From: an uncultured Pelagibacteraceae bacterium
Lineage (GTDB): Bacteria; Pseudomonadota; Alphaproteobacteria; Pelagibacterales; Pelagibacteraceae
Direction: 5' to 3'
Assembly: GCA_902595725.1 (NCBI GenBank)
Contig: CACJRJ010000002.1
Location: forward strand, 2,501 to 66,500
DNA: 64,000 nucleotides
Position numbers and translations under genes: made by a program. This document shows positions 8,534 to 18,857 of the stretch, piece by piece; the first letter of the stretch is position 1, and each line of letters starts with the position of its first letter. Below the pieces are notes generated by a model. That model was given only the letters and a program-made list of their open reading frames with translations, did no database searches and was not told where the DNA came from.

Positions 8534-10260
8534 ATATATTTGAAGAATACAAAAATAAAATATTAACGATTATAAAAAAGGCAGAAAAAGACAAACTATT
8601 AGTTCTTCCTGAAAATTTGAACGGTGTGAATGTTGATTCAACTCCACCTAATATTGATTTTGATCTTTCAACAAATGTTTCAATGGTTTTATCAAAATCT
8701 AACAATAAATCACCAAACATTATAGCTGAAACCATAATAGATTTATTAAAAAAACAAGATACCCAAATAGAAGAAATCGCATTTGCAAAACCTGGTTTTA
8801 TTAATATTAGATTTAACAAAGACTATTGGAATAATTTTGCTAATAAATTAATTAGTATTTCTCATAAATACGGCTCATCTAATAAAGATAAAAAAAAATA
8901 TTTAATAGAATTTGTTTCCGCAAATCCAACTGGCCCTCTACATGTTGGACATTGTAGAGGTGCAATATTGGGTGATGTAATTTCGAATATATTAAAATTT
9001 AACGATAATACTGTTGAGAAGGAATATTACGTAAATGACTATGGTAATCAGATTTCCCATTTCAATTATTCTGTTTATCTAAGAATTAGAGAAAAATTAT
9101 ACAATGAAAACTTTCCATTAGACAATCCCGATCTATATCCGGGAGATTATTTAATAGATATAGCAAGCAATATTATAAAAAATAATAAAAATGTTAATTT
9201 TGAAAGTTTTAAAGATATTGAAGATCATTTAAAAAAACTTTCAATTAATGAATCATTAAAACTAATTAAAAAAAACCTAATCGACCTTGGCATTAATCAT
9301 GACAATTTTATAAGCGAGACAAATATCGTTAATGATAAAGAGGTTGAAAAAGTAGTTGAAAAACTAAAAAAATCTAATCATGTATATACTGGTAAAATTA
9401 ATGCTCCCGAAGGTGAAGATAAAAAAAACTGGACAGAAAGAGATCAATTATTATTTAGATCAACAGATTTTGGCGATGATAAAGATAGAGCGCTACAAAA
9501 AAGTGATTTAACTTGGACTTACTTTGCTAGTGATGTTGCATATCACAATACAAAAATTAATAGAAATTTTGATAAATTAATTAATATTTTAGGTGCCGAT
9601 CACGCTGGATATATTAAAAGAATTTCCTCAGTTGTTGAAGCTATTTCGGGTGAAAAAAATAAATTATCATGCAAGGTAAGTCAGCTAGTTAAATTAATTA
9701 AAGATGGAAAACCATTTAAAATGTCAAAAAGAAAAGGTGACTATATAACTGTTGAGGATCTAGTAAAACAAGTAGGGAAGGATGCAACTCGTTTTATTAT
9801 GCTGAGCAGAAGTAATGAAGTTGAATTGGATTTTGACTTTTCAAAGGTAAAAGAAAAGTCCAAAGACAATCCATTATATTATGTACAATATTGTTATACT
9901 AGAATTTCTTCTGTTTTTAGAAATTGTAATTTAAATATTAATGATGATTTAATAATCAAAGATCAAAATTATGATTATCAAAAAGATGAATTAAAAATTT
10001 TAAAAAAACTTTCTGAATGGCCAAGATGCATCGAAACTGCATCAAATAAACTAGAACCACACAGAATACCTGTTTATTTGTATGAACTTTCATCAGAATT
10101 TCACTCTTACTGGAACAAAGGTAAAGATGATCTTGATAAAAGATTTATAAGCAAAGATAAAAAAATATCTGATGATAAGCTGGTTTTTTTAAAAATTATT
10201 TCTAATACCATTAAATTAGGTATGAATATATTAGGAGTTAATACTCCGGAAAAAATGTAA
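8530..10260 (+). CDS. argS: Arginine--tRNA ligase
   Basis: EFVSANPTGPLHVGH, GADHAGY, MSKRKG, NPLYYVQY. Confidence 0.98.
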   Translation: MNIFEEYKNKILTIIKKAEKDKLLVLPENLNGVNVDSTPPNIDFDLSTNVSMVLSKSNNKSPNIIAETIIDLLKKQDTQIEEIAFAKPGFINIRFNKDYWNNFANKLISISHKYGSSNKDKKKYLIEFVSANPTGPLHVGHCRGAILGDVISNILKFNDNTVEKEYYVNDYGNQISHFNYSVYLRIREKLYNENFPLDNPDLYPGDYLIDIASNIIKNNKNVNFESFKDIEDHLKKLSINESLKLIKKNLIDLGINHDNFISETNIVNDKEVEKVVEKLKKSNHVYTGKINAPEGEDKKNWTERDQLLFRSTDFGDDKDRALQKSDLTWTYFASDVAYHNTKINRNFDKLINILGADHAGYIKRISSVVEAISGEKNKLSCKVSQLVKLIKDGKPFKMSKRKGDYITVEDLVKQVGKDATRFIMLSRSNEVELDFDFSKVKEKSKDNPLYYVQYCYTRISSVFRNCNLNINDDLIIKDQNYDYQKDELKILKKLSEWPRCIETASNKLEPHRIPVYLYELSSEFHSYWNKGKDDLDKRFISKDKKISDDKLVFLKIISNTIKLGMNILGVNTPEKM

Positions 10261-10520
10261 TGATAAAAGAACTGAAATATGTTTTTTATATAATTATAAT
10301 ATTTTTTTTTACTTTTTTTGTTTCTAGATATTATTTTTCTGATGATTATAAAAAAAAATCATATAGATCTCTTAACAATATAGATGAAAGAATAAATAAT
10401 TTTTCAAGTAATTTAATAATACTTGAAAATAATACGAATAATATCATTGAATATGTCGAGTACGAAAAGGACAAAAATAAAAAAAAATATCATTTTTGGA
10501 AGTTGTTAAATAATGATTAG
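10260..10520 (+). CDS. Small single-TM protein in the argS-nagZ (ftsN) position
   Basis: 86 aa, N-terminal TM helix; overlaps both neighbours. Confidence 0.7.
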   Translation: MIKELKYVFYIIIIFFFTFFVSRYYFSDDYKKKSYRSLNNIDERINNFSSNLIILENNTNNIIEYVEYEKDKNKKKYHFWKLLNND

Positions 10521-11463
10521 TAATAGAAGATCATTTATAACTGGTATTAAAGGTACTAAATTAAACAAAAAAGAAGTAAATTTTTTAAAAAAATATAAGC
10601 CTTGGGGTATTATATTATTCTCTAGAAACATTAAGACTATTTCTCAGACAAAAAAGTTAACTCATCAAATTAAAAGAATATTTAAAGACAAGAATTATCC
10701 AATTTTAATTGACGAAGAAGGCGGCAGAGTATCAAGATTAAATAAATTTATTGATAGTACAATATTTACTGCAGATTTTTTTGGAAATTTATACAAAAAA
10801 GATAAAAAAAAATTTAACATCTATTATAATGTTTATATTAAACAAGTTTCCTACTTATTAAATTTATTAGGAATTAATATAAATACAGTACCTGTCCTAG
10901 ACGTAAGAAGAAAATTTACCAACAATGTTATTGGAAATAGATCCTTTTCTTCTAATTCATCCTTAGTTTCTAAAATGGGTAAAATTTGTATACAAAAATT
11001 CCATGAAAATCATATAGGAACAATTATTAAACATATTCCTGGTCATGGTCTATCAACAGATGATAGCCATTTGAAACTACCATCTGTTAAACATAATTAT
11101 AAACTGTTAAATAAAGTAGATTTTTTTCCATTCAAAAATCAACGTGCCTTTTTAGCGATGACAGCACATGTTATTTACAAGTCAATAGATCCAATAAATA
11201 CAGCTACTCATTCAAAAAAAATTATGAAAATAATTAGAAAAAAAATTGCCTTTAAAAATATAATAATGTCCGATGATATTTCAATGAAGGCCTTAAAATA
11301 TTCTACATCAGAGAATACAACTCGTGCTTTTAACGCAGGTTGTAATTTAGTTTTACACTGCAATGGAAACTTTAAAGAAATGTTGATTGTTGCAAAAAAA
11401 TCACCTTTATTAAGTGACTTTGTAATGAAAAAAACATCGCAATTAATTAATATAATTAGATAA
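10513..11463 (+). CDS. nagZ: Beta-N-acetylhexosaminidase, GH3
   Basis: ILFSRNI, IDEEGGRVSRL, KHIPGHG...DSH, MSDDISMKAL. Confidence 0.95.
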   Translation: MISNRRSFITGIKGTKLNKKEVNFLKKYKPWGIILFSRNIKTISQTKKLTHQIKRIFKDKNYPILIDEEGGRVSRLNKFIDSTIFTADFFGNLYKKDKKKFNIYYNVYIKQVSYLLNLLGININTVPVLDVRRKFTNNVIGNRSFSSNSSLVSKMGKICIQKFHENHIGTIIKHIPGHGLSTDDSHLKLPSVKHNYKLLNKVDFFPFKNQRAFLAMTAHVIYKSIDPINTATHSKKIMKIIRKKIAFKNIIMSDDISMKALKYSTSENTTRAFNAGCNLVLHCNGNFKEMLIVAKKSPLLSDFVMKKTSQLINIIR

Positions 11464-11471
11464 TAGATATT

Positions 11472-12206
11472 ATGAACGATTCTTTTACATTTAATGTAGC
11501 TCTTAGTAATTATAATGGACCTTTAGAAGTTTTGTTGGATTTAGCAAAATCTCAAAAAGTGGACCTTGAAAAAATTTCTATTACACTTTTAGTTGACCAA
11601 TTTCTTGAATTTATTAAATCAAAGGAAAAAATTAATTTAGATCTAGCATCAGAATATTTATTAATGGCTATTTGGTTAACATATTTAAAATCTAAATTAT
11701 TATTACCAGAAACTGATGAAGATGAATTCAAAGCACTAGAAGTTGCTGAAAAACTTAAACTTCAATTAAAAAAACTTGAATTAATTAGATTACTTTCAGA
11801 CCAAATGTTAAAAAGAAAAAGATTGGGAAAAGATATTTTTATGAGAGGAATAAGAGGTAAAATAAAATCAATATATAGCTCTAAATATTCTCTTACAATG
11901 TTTGAAATTCTTAAAGCTTATTCATCAATTATTATGTCTAGAGAATTTCAAAAAATGAATATTCCAAGACTTCCAGTTTTTACTACCGAAGAGGGAATAA
12001 AAAGAATTAAAGAATTCTTTGGCAAACTTAATGATTGGAAGAATATTAATGATTTACTCCCTGAAAATTTTTCTAAATCAAAAGATTTTATACGAACGGG
12101 TAAAGCAGGGATTTTTGCAGGTTCATTGGAGCTTGCAAAAGAAGGAAATATATCAATTAAACAAACAAATTTATTTGACAACATTTTTGTTAAAGAAAAT
12201 AAATGA
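11472..12206 (+). CDS. scpA: Segregation and condensation protein A
   Basis: YNGPLEVLLDL...KVDL, SEYLLMA..L..LKSKLLLP. Confidence 0.93.
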   Translation: MNDSFTFNVALSNYNGPLEVLLDLAKSQKVDLEKISITLLVDQFLEFIKSKEKINLDLASEYLLMAIWLTYLKSKLLLPETDEDEFKALEVAEKLKLQLKKLELIRLLSDQMLKRKRLGKDIFMRGIRGKIKSIYSSKYSLTMFEILKAYSSIIMSREFQKMNIPRLPVFTTEEGIKRIKEFFGKLNDWKNINDLLPENFSKSKDFIRTGKAGIFAGSLELAKEGNISIKQTNLFDNIFVKENK

Positions 12207-12892
12207 AAAAATTAAAAAAAGATAATATTGTAAATTTTCCTTCGTCATTAAGTGAAGGTGAAAAAGAAATAGAAGCAATTTTATTTGCTGCTGCTGAGCC
12301 TTTGGATTTGGATACAATTGAATCTAAAGTTACAAAAAAGATTAACGTTTTAAATATTCTTAATAAGCTTCAAAACATTTATAAAAATAGAGGAATTAAT
12401 TTAGTTTGTATTTCTAATAAATGGTCTTTTAGAACAGCAGAAAGTTTATCAGGATTAATGTCTGAACAAAAAACTGTAGAAAAAAAATTGTCGAAAGCTG
12501 CAGTAGAAACCTTAGCAATAATCGTTTACCACCAACCAGTTACAAGAGCTGAGATTGAGGAGATAAGAGGTGTAGCTTTTGGTACTAATACACTTGAAAT
12601 TCTTATGGAATTAAATTGGGTTAGAACTCAAGGCAGAAAAGATGTTCCAGGTAAACCAATACAATACGGTACTACTGAAGAATTTTTAAGTCATTTTAAT
12701 TTACAAAAATTATCAGATCTTCCAACTATAGATGAGCTAGGCACAGCTGGCCTCATTGATACTGCTAATGTAGATTCAACAATATTTGGAACAGGTAAAT
12801 TTTATAAGGAACAAGAGGAAAAAAAGGAAAATATATACTCTGATATTGATGAAATGTTAAATAGCACTCTTAAAAATGATGATGATAAATAA
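12203..12892 (+). CDS. scpB: Segregation and condensation protein B
   Basis: KLSKAAVETLAIIVYHQPVTRAEIEEIRG, YGTTEEFLSHFNL. Confidence 0.95.
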   Translation: MKKLKKDNIVNFPSSLSEGEKEIEAILFAAAEPLDLDTIESKVTKKINVLNILNKLQNIYKNRGINLVCISNKWSFRTAESLSGLMSEQKTVEKKLSKAAVETLAIIVYHQPVTRAEIEEIRGVAFGTNTLEILMELNWVRTQGRKDVPGKPIQYGTTEEFLSHFNLQKLSDLPTIDELGTAGLIDTANVDSTIFGTGKFYKEQEEKKENIYSDIDEMLNSTLKNDDDK

Positions 12893-12933
12893 AAAAAACT
12901 TTAATTATTATATAATATGTTTATAACACTTGT

Positions 12934-13149
12934 ATGAGCATAGGTTTTTGGCAAATAGCAATTGTAGTTATACTTGTTGTACTTCTTTTTGGGAGAGGTA
13001 AAATTTCAAGCCTTATGGGAGATGTTGCAAAAGGAATAAAAAGTTTCAAAAAAGGTATGGCTTCTGATGTTAATGAAGAGGGAACTCAGAAAAATATTTC
13101 CGAAAATCATGATACCTCTGAAAATCAAGATATAGATAAAAAAGAGTAA
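12934..13149 (+). CDS. tatA: Twin-arginine translocase TatA
   Basis: [26 protein letters not shown]. Confidence 0.96.
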   Translation: MSIGFWQIAIVVILVVLLFGRGKISSLMGDVAKGIKSFKKGMASDVNEEGTQKNISENHDTSENQDIDKKE

Positions 13150-13154
13150 TTCTA

Positions 13155-13385
13155 ATGCCAACAATTGGCTGGTTTGAAATTTTAATTATAGTTGTAGTAG
13201 CAATAATTATTCTCGGTCCAAAAGATTTTCCTTTAATGTTAAAAAAAGTTGGATCTTGGATTGGAAGTGTAAAAAGATATGTTAACAATGTGCAAAACGA
13301 AGTTAGCTCCATCACTGAAGACACAATTGATAAAAACTTAAGCGAAGATGTTAATGTAAATAAAAAAAAGGATAAAGATGAGTAA
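13155..13385 (+). CDS. tatB: Twin-arginine translocase TatB (short)
   Basis: IGWFEILII...ILGPKDFP. Confidence 0.93.
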   Translation: MPTIGWFEILIIVVVAIIILGPKDFPLMLKKVGSWIGSVKRYVNNVQNEVSSITEDTIDKNLSEDVNVNKKKDKDE

Positions 13386-14150
13386 AAATCAAGCTGAGGG
13401 TGGTTTTTTTAGTCATCTTGCCGAACTTAGAAAAAGATTAATTCATTCATTAATTTTTTTATCAGTACTTTTTATTATTTGTTACTATTTTTCTGAATAT
13501 ATTTATGGATTTCTTGTAGATCCTTATGCTCAAGCAGTTAAAAATGATGATGCAAACAGAAGACTTATTTTTACAGCTTTACAAGAAACTTTTCTTACTT
13601 ATTTAAAAGTTTCATTTTTTGCTGCATTTTTTTTACTAGTCCAATCATTTTAATTCAAATATGGAAATTTATTGCACCTGGTCTTTACGAAGATGAAAAA
13701 TCTGCAATAATGCCTTATCTTGTAGTTACACCAATACTTTTTTTGCTTGGTGGTATGCTTGTCTATTATTTAATAATGCCTTTAGCTATAAAATTTTTTC
13801 TGTCATTTGAAAGTTCAGGTTTAAATACATCTTTACCTATTCAACTAGAGGCTAAAGTTAATGAATATTTATCTTTAGTAATGAAATTAATATTTGCATT
13901 TGGATTAAGTTTTCAATTACCTGTAGTTTTAAGTTTGTTAGCAAGAATTGGAGTAGTTGATTCTCAATTTTTAAAAGAAAGACGTAAATATGTTGTTGTT
14001 ATCATATTTGCTGCAGCGGCATTATTAACTCCTCCCGATCCTGTTACTCAAATAGGTTTAGCAATACCCTTATTATTATTATATGAATTATCTATTATTT
14101 CTGTAAAATTTATAGAGAAAAAAAATAAAGAAAAAAATGCACAACATTAA
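13378..14150 (+). pseudogene. tatC: TatC split by a 1-bp frameshift in a T8 run (13627-13634); probably a sequencing error
   Basis: SHLAELRKRL in the first ORF; adding one base to the T run restores FFxTSPIILIQIWKFIAPGLY, in frame with the second ORF (LTPPDPVTQ). Confidence 0.9.
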
Positions 14151-15396
14151 AGATATAAGAAATAATTTTGATAATTTCAAAAATATTATTAAATCAAGAA
14201 ATATTTCTATCAATTTAGATCAAATATTAGATTTGGATAAAAATAATAGAGCACTCATTCAAGAAAAAGAAACTTTAGAACAAGAAAAAAAAAGCATTTC
14301 AAAAAGCCAAGATAAATCTTTGTTTGCAAAATCAAAAGAAATTTCTGAAAAAATTTTATCTATCAACAAAGAACAATCCTTAATTAAAAATAAACTTGAT
14401 GATATTTTGTCTTCAATTCCAAATTTACCATTAAAAGATGTTCCAGTAGGTGTTGATGAAAACGCTAATAAGGAAGTTTTAAAATCTGGAACAATAAAAG
14501 AATTTAATTTTAAACCAAAATCTCATTATGAATTAGGAGAAAATTTAAAAATGTTAGATTTTGATTTGGCTACCAAAACTACAGGCGCTAGATTTGTTTT
14601 TGTTAATGATAAACTTGCTTTATTAGAAAGAGCAATAGCAAACTTTATGCTAGATACTCATACTCAAGTTAATGGTTACAAAGAAATATCCCCACCCTTA
14701 ATGGCTAACGATGCCACAATGTTTGGAACTGGCCAATTACCTAAATTTGAAGATGATCAGTTTGAAATTAAAATTGAAGAAAAAAGTGGTAGAAAATTTT
14801 TAATTCCCACAGCTGAAGTCATATTAACTAATATTGTTAGAGATAAGATTGTAAATATAAAAGATTTTCCATTACGTTTTGTAGCTTTAACACCATGTTT
14901 TAGAAAAGAAGCTGGAAGCTATGGTAAAGATACAAAAGGTATGATTAGACAACATCAATTTTACAAAGTCGAACTTGTTAGTATTGTTGAAAATAATAAA
15001 TGCGTTGATGAACTAGAAAGAATGACAAACTGTGCAATAATGATTTTAGATAAACTAAAATTGCCTTATAGAAAGATAATTTTATCCACAGGAGACATGG
15101 GCTTTAGTGCTGAAAAAACCTACGATATAGAAGTATGGCTACCATCTGAAAGTAAATACAGAGAAATTTCCAGCTGTTCTTCTTGTGGAACTTTTCAAGC
15201 TAGAAGAATGAAAGCAAGATATAAAAATAAAAATAATGAAACTGAATTCGTTGGTACATTAAATGGTAGTGGTCTGGCAGTTGGTAGAACTCTTATAGCA
15301 ATATTAGAAAACTATCAAAATTCAGACGGATCAATAACAATACCTGATGCTTTAAAACCTTACATGAATAATCTAGAAAAAATTTCAAATAATTAG
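14137..15396 (+). CDS. serS: Serine--tRNA ligase
   Basis: GTGQLPKF, LIPTAEV, FRKEAGSYGKDTKGMIRQHQF, TLNGSGLAVGR. Confidence 0.98.
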   Translation: MHNIKDIRNNFDNFKNIIKSRNISINLDQILDLDKNNRALIQEKETLEQEKKSISKSQDKSLFAKSKEISEKILSINKEQSLIKNKLDDILSSIPNLPLKDVPVGVDENANKEVLKSGTIKEFNFKPKSHYELGENLKMLDFDLATKTTGARFVFVNDKLALLERAIANFMLDTHTQVNGYKEISPPLMANDATMFGTGQLPKFEDDQFEIKIEEKSGRKFLIPTAEVILTNIVRDKIVNIKDFPLRFVALTPCFRKEAGSYGKDTKGMIRQHQFYKVELVSIVENNKCVDELERMTNCAIMILDKLKLPYRKIILSTGDMGFSAEKTYDIEVWLPSESKYREISSCSSCGTFQARRMKARYKNKNNETEFVGTLNGSGLAVGRTLIAILENYQNSDGSITIPDALKPYMNNLEKISNN

Positions 15397-15450
15397 AGTT
15401 GTTTTAATAACTTAGATAGTATAAAAAACTTTTAATTTACAAAGGATTTT

Positions 15451-15738
15451 ATGTCAGGATCAGGAATAGGACAGTTTATACCTCTAATTTTAATTTTTGT
15501 TATATTTTACTTTTTTTTAATTCGCCCACAGCAAAAAAAAGTTAAAGAACATAAACTTATGGTAGAAAATTTAAAAAGAGGCGATAAAGTTGTTACTTCA
15601 GGTGGCATTGTTGGAACGATTGAAAGAGTTATAGATAACGATAAAGTTGATGTTTCTATATCAGAAAATGTTAACGTAGAAGTTATTAAATCTACAGGAA
15701 TACAATCACTAGTAAGCAATACTGAAACAAAAAAATAA
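15451..15738 (+). CDS. yajC: Preprotein translocase subunit YajC
   Basis: FYFFLIRPQQKK, GDKVVTSGGIVG. Confidence 0.96.
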   Translation: MSGSGIGQFIPLILIFVIFYFFLIRPQQKKVKEHKLMVENLKRGDKVVTSGGIVGTIERVIDNDKVDVSISENVNVEVIKSTGIQSLVSNTETKK

Positions 15739-15750
15739 CATTAAACTAAA

Positions 15751-17316
15751 GTGTTATACTTTTCAAAATTAAAAATTATTTCAGTTTTAATTTTCACATT
15801 AATAATTTCTTTTTTTACAATATCTAATTTTATTAATATTGATAATAAACTATTTAATAGGAATATAAATTTAGGATTAGATCTTCAAGGAGGCTCATAT
15901 TTACTTTTAGAAATAGATAACAAACCTGTAGTTATTCAGAAATTACAGAACAAACTTTCTTCACTTAAAAAATTCTTTGCTGATAAAGACATTAGATCTA
16001 CTAATTTTAAAATAATTGATGATGAAAAAATTTCTTTTGTAATAGATGAAGATTCATTAGATAAAGTTTTATCTTTACTAACTGATAAAGAAAGTGAAAT
16101 TAATCCTTATTTTCAAAGATTTAAAACTCATGAATTTGATGTTAAGGAAACAAAAGTTTTGTCTTCTACTAATATAACATTAGAATTTTCAGATTATGGT
16201 TTAGTTCAATTAAAATCATCATCACAAAATCAAGCAATTGAAATAGTTAGAAGAAGAGTCGATGAGATTGGTACCAATGAACCTAATATTCTTAAAAGAG
16301 GCAATGATAGAATACTTGTTGAACTTCCAGGTTTAGAAAATCCTGACAGAATTAAAAGTTTATTGGGAAAAACAGCAAATCTTACTTTTAGATTTGTTAC
16401 TCTAAATGAAGAAGAAAGTTTTGGTACTGAAAAACTTTTATATGAAGATGGCTCAGAAGCAATAATAAGTAAAAGAATAATATTAAGTGGTGATAATTTG
16501 GTTGATGCTCAACCTCGTATGGATAATCAATCAAATCAAACTGTAGTTACATTTACTTTAGATCGAGTAGGTGCTAAAAAGTTTGCACGAGCAACATCAT
16601 CGGGTGTTGGAAAAAGATTAGCTATAATACTTGATGGAAAAATCATCAGTGCACCCAATATTGTTGAACCTATTGTTGGTGGGGCTGGACAAATAACAGG
16701 TGATTTTACTTTTCAATCAGCAACAGATTTAGCTTTGTTATTAAGATCAGGAGCTTTACCTGCTCCAATGAAAATTATTGAAGAAAGAACAGTTGGACCC
16801 GGTTTAGGACAAGACTCAATAAATGCTGGAATATTGTCATTAATTATCGGTTTTGCTTTAGTGGTTCTTTTTATGATAGTTAAATATAAAATTTTTGGAT
16901 TAATTGCTAATGTAACATTAATTACTAACTTATTATTATTAATAGGTATTCTAACATTATTTGAAGCTACTTTAACACTCCCAGGTATAGCAGGAATAAT
17001 CTTAACTGTAGGTATGGCCGTTGATGCAAACGTACTAATCTATGAACGTATTAAAGAAGAAATTAAAAGTGAAAGTAATAAAATAGTGGCATTTGATAGT
17101 GGTTATGTAAAATCAAAAACAACGATTTTAGATGCAAATATAACAACTTTAATTGCAGCATTAATTTTATTTATTTTAGGATCTGGGCCAGTAAAAGGTT
17201 TTGCTCTTACATTGGGTGTCGGAATTTTAACAACATTATTCTCAGTCTATTTTATTGCTCGATTGTTTACAGCTTTATATGTAATAAAAAATAAAGATAA
17301 GGAGAAATTAATATAA
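15751..17316 (+). CDS. secD: Protein translocase subunit SecD (GTG start)
   Basis: LGLDLQGG, RILVELPG, LRSGALPAP, GMAVDANVLIYERIKEE. Confidence 0.97.
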   Translation: MLYFSKLKIISVLIFTLIISFFTISNFINIDNKLFNRNINLGLDLQGGSYLLLEIDNKPVVIQKLQNKLSSLKKFFADKDIRSTNFKIIDDEKISFVIDEDSLDKVLSLLTDKESEINPYFQRFKTHEFDVKETKVLSSTNITLEFSDYGLVQLKSSSQNQAIEIVRRRVDEIGTNEPNILKRGNDRILVELPGLENPDRIKSLLGKTANLTFRFVTLNEEESFGTEKLLYEDGSEAIISKRIILSGDNLVDAQPRMDNQSNQTVVTFTLDRVGAKKFARATSSGVGKRLAIILDGKIISAPNIVEPIVGGAGQITGDFTFQSATDLALLLRSGALPAPMKIIEERTVGPGLGQDSINAGILSLIIGFALVVLFMIVKYKIFGLIANVTLITNLLLLIGILTLFEATLTLPGIAGIILTVGMAVDANVLIYERIKEEIKSESNKIVAFDSGYVKSKTTILDANITTLIAALILFILGSGPVKGFALTLGVGILTTLFSVYFIARLFTALYVIKNKDKEKLI

Positions 17317-18218
17317 TGGAAAAACGTAATATTCCTTTCAATAAATTTTATAAAAGATTTAATATTATGTCATTATTTTTAATATTATTTTCATTAATTT
17401 TATTAACTTTTAAAGGTTTAAATTATGGAGTTGATTTTAAAGGTGGTACTTTAATAGAATTAAGAACTTTAGATAATACCTTAAATATTTCAGATTTACG
17501 AAAGTCGTTTAGTAAATTAAATCTTGGCGATGTTACTGTTAAAGAATTTGGTAAAGAAAATGATTATGTTATCAAATTTGAAAAAAAACAATCGATTGAG
17601 GAAAATTTTATTGAAAATATTAAAATTGAACTATCTAATGATATTGGAAATATTTTTGAATTTAGAAGAGTTGAAAGTGTAGGTCCAAAAGTCAGTGATG
17701 AATTATTAAAATCAGGTATAATTGCAATCGTATTATCATTAGGAGCAATGTTAATTTATATTTGGATAAGATTTGAATGGCAATTCAGCCTAGGTGCTAT
17801 TACAGCTGTGTTCCATGATGTTGTAATAACACTTGGTTTTTTTTCCTTATTAAATTTTGAAATAAATTTATCAATTGTAGCAGCTGTTCTTACTATAGTA
17901 GGTTATTCAATGAACGATACAGTTGTTATTTTTGATAGAGTAAGAGAAAATTTAAAAAAATATTCAGATATTAAAATCTTTGAGATTACAAATATTTCAA
18001 TAAATGAAACTTTATCAAGAACAATAATTACCTCTGTAACAACATTGTTAGCTCTTTTATCTATATTTATATTTGGTGGAGCAATACTTAAGGGTTTTTC
18101 ATTCGCAATGATACTGGGTGTGATAGTTGGTACTTATTCTTCAATATATATAGCTAATCCTATTTTAGTTAGATTGAACGTTTCTCAAAAAACTATTTTA
18201 AAGGAAGAAAAAGTATAA
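17316..18218 (+). CDS. secF: Protein translocase subunit SecF
   Basis: GVDFKGGT, GYSMNDTVVIFDRVREN. Confidence 0.97.
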   Translation: MEKRNIPFNKFYKRFNIMSLFLILFSLILLTFKGLNYGVDFKGGTLIELRTLDNTLNISDLRKSFSKLNLGDVTVKEFGKENDYVIKFEKKQSIEENFIENIKIELSNDIGNIFEFRRVESVGPKVSDELLKSGIIAIVLSLGAMLIYIWIRFEWQFSLGAITAVFHDVVITLGFFSLLNFEINLSIVAAVLTIVGYSMNDTVVIFDRVRENLKKYSDIKIFEITNISINETLSRTIITSVTTLLALLSIFIFGGAILKGFSFAMILGVIVGTYSSIYIANPILVRLNVSQKTILKEEKV

Positions 18219-18220
18219 AT

Positions 18221-18823
18221 TTAATATAAATTTTGTGCAGCTACCATTGACAACAACATTGGTAGTGAAAGAAGTGTATTAGTTCTTGATGCAATTAATG
18301 CTTTTTTTGCAGCAGCTGGTTTTTCTTCTTCACTTGCCTCAACAATACCTAGAACTTTTTTTTGATTTGGCCAAATAATAAACCAAACATTGAAAGCCAT
18401 AATCAAACCTAACCACATTCCTATACCTATAGCTGTATATTTACCACCACCGCTACCTATGCCTAGTGTCATAGCTTCATGAGCATATCCATTTAAGTAA
18501 GCAACTATTAAACCCGTAACCACTGTTACAAATGCTGCCCATCTAAACCAGAATAGTGCGGAAGGCGCTATAACTTTTGTAATAGCTGGTTTTTGCTCAT
18601 CAGTTATTTTTGCCATGTTTGGCACTTGAACAAAATTAAAATAATATAATAAACCTATCCACATTATTCCAGCCACAACATGGAAATATCTAAACAACCA
18701 ACTCCAAAATAGTTGATCAATAGAAAAACCACCATTTCCAAATGATAGAAACAAAAATAAAAGTACCGCTAATATTATAGAGGTATGAATAACCTTTGAT
18801 AATGATCCAAAAAAGTCCGCCAT
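18221..18823 (-). CDS. Urate hydroxylase PuuD-like membrane protein (N-terminal domain only, no cytochrome c domain)
   Basis: RYFHVVAGIMWIGLLYYFNFVQ, ALFWFRWAA, FNVWFIIWPNQKK, SRTNTLLSLPML. Confidence 0.75.
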   Translation of the reverse strand: MADFFGSLSKVIHTSIILAVLLFLFLSFGNGGFSIDQLFWSWLFRYFHVVAGIMWIGLLYYFNFVQVPNMAKITDEQKPAITKVIAPSALFWFRWAAFVTVVTGLIVAYLNGYAHEAMTLGIGSGGGKYTAIGIGMWLGLIMAFNVWFIIWPNQKKVLGIVEASEEEKPAAAKKALIASRTNTLLSLPMLLSMVAAQNLY

Positions 18824-18857
18824 CTAATTTGTTATATACACTATAAAAAAAGTTTTA

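Noticed and set aside
15082-15090. Perfect DnaA box TTATCCACA (another at 62724-62732)
   Set aside because: Isolated and inside coding sequence; expected by chance.
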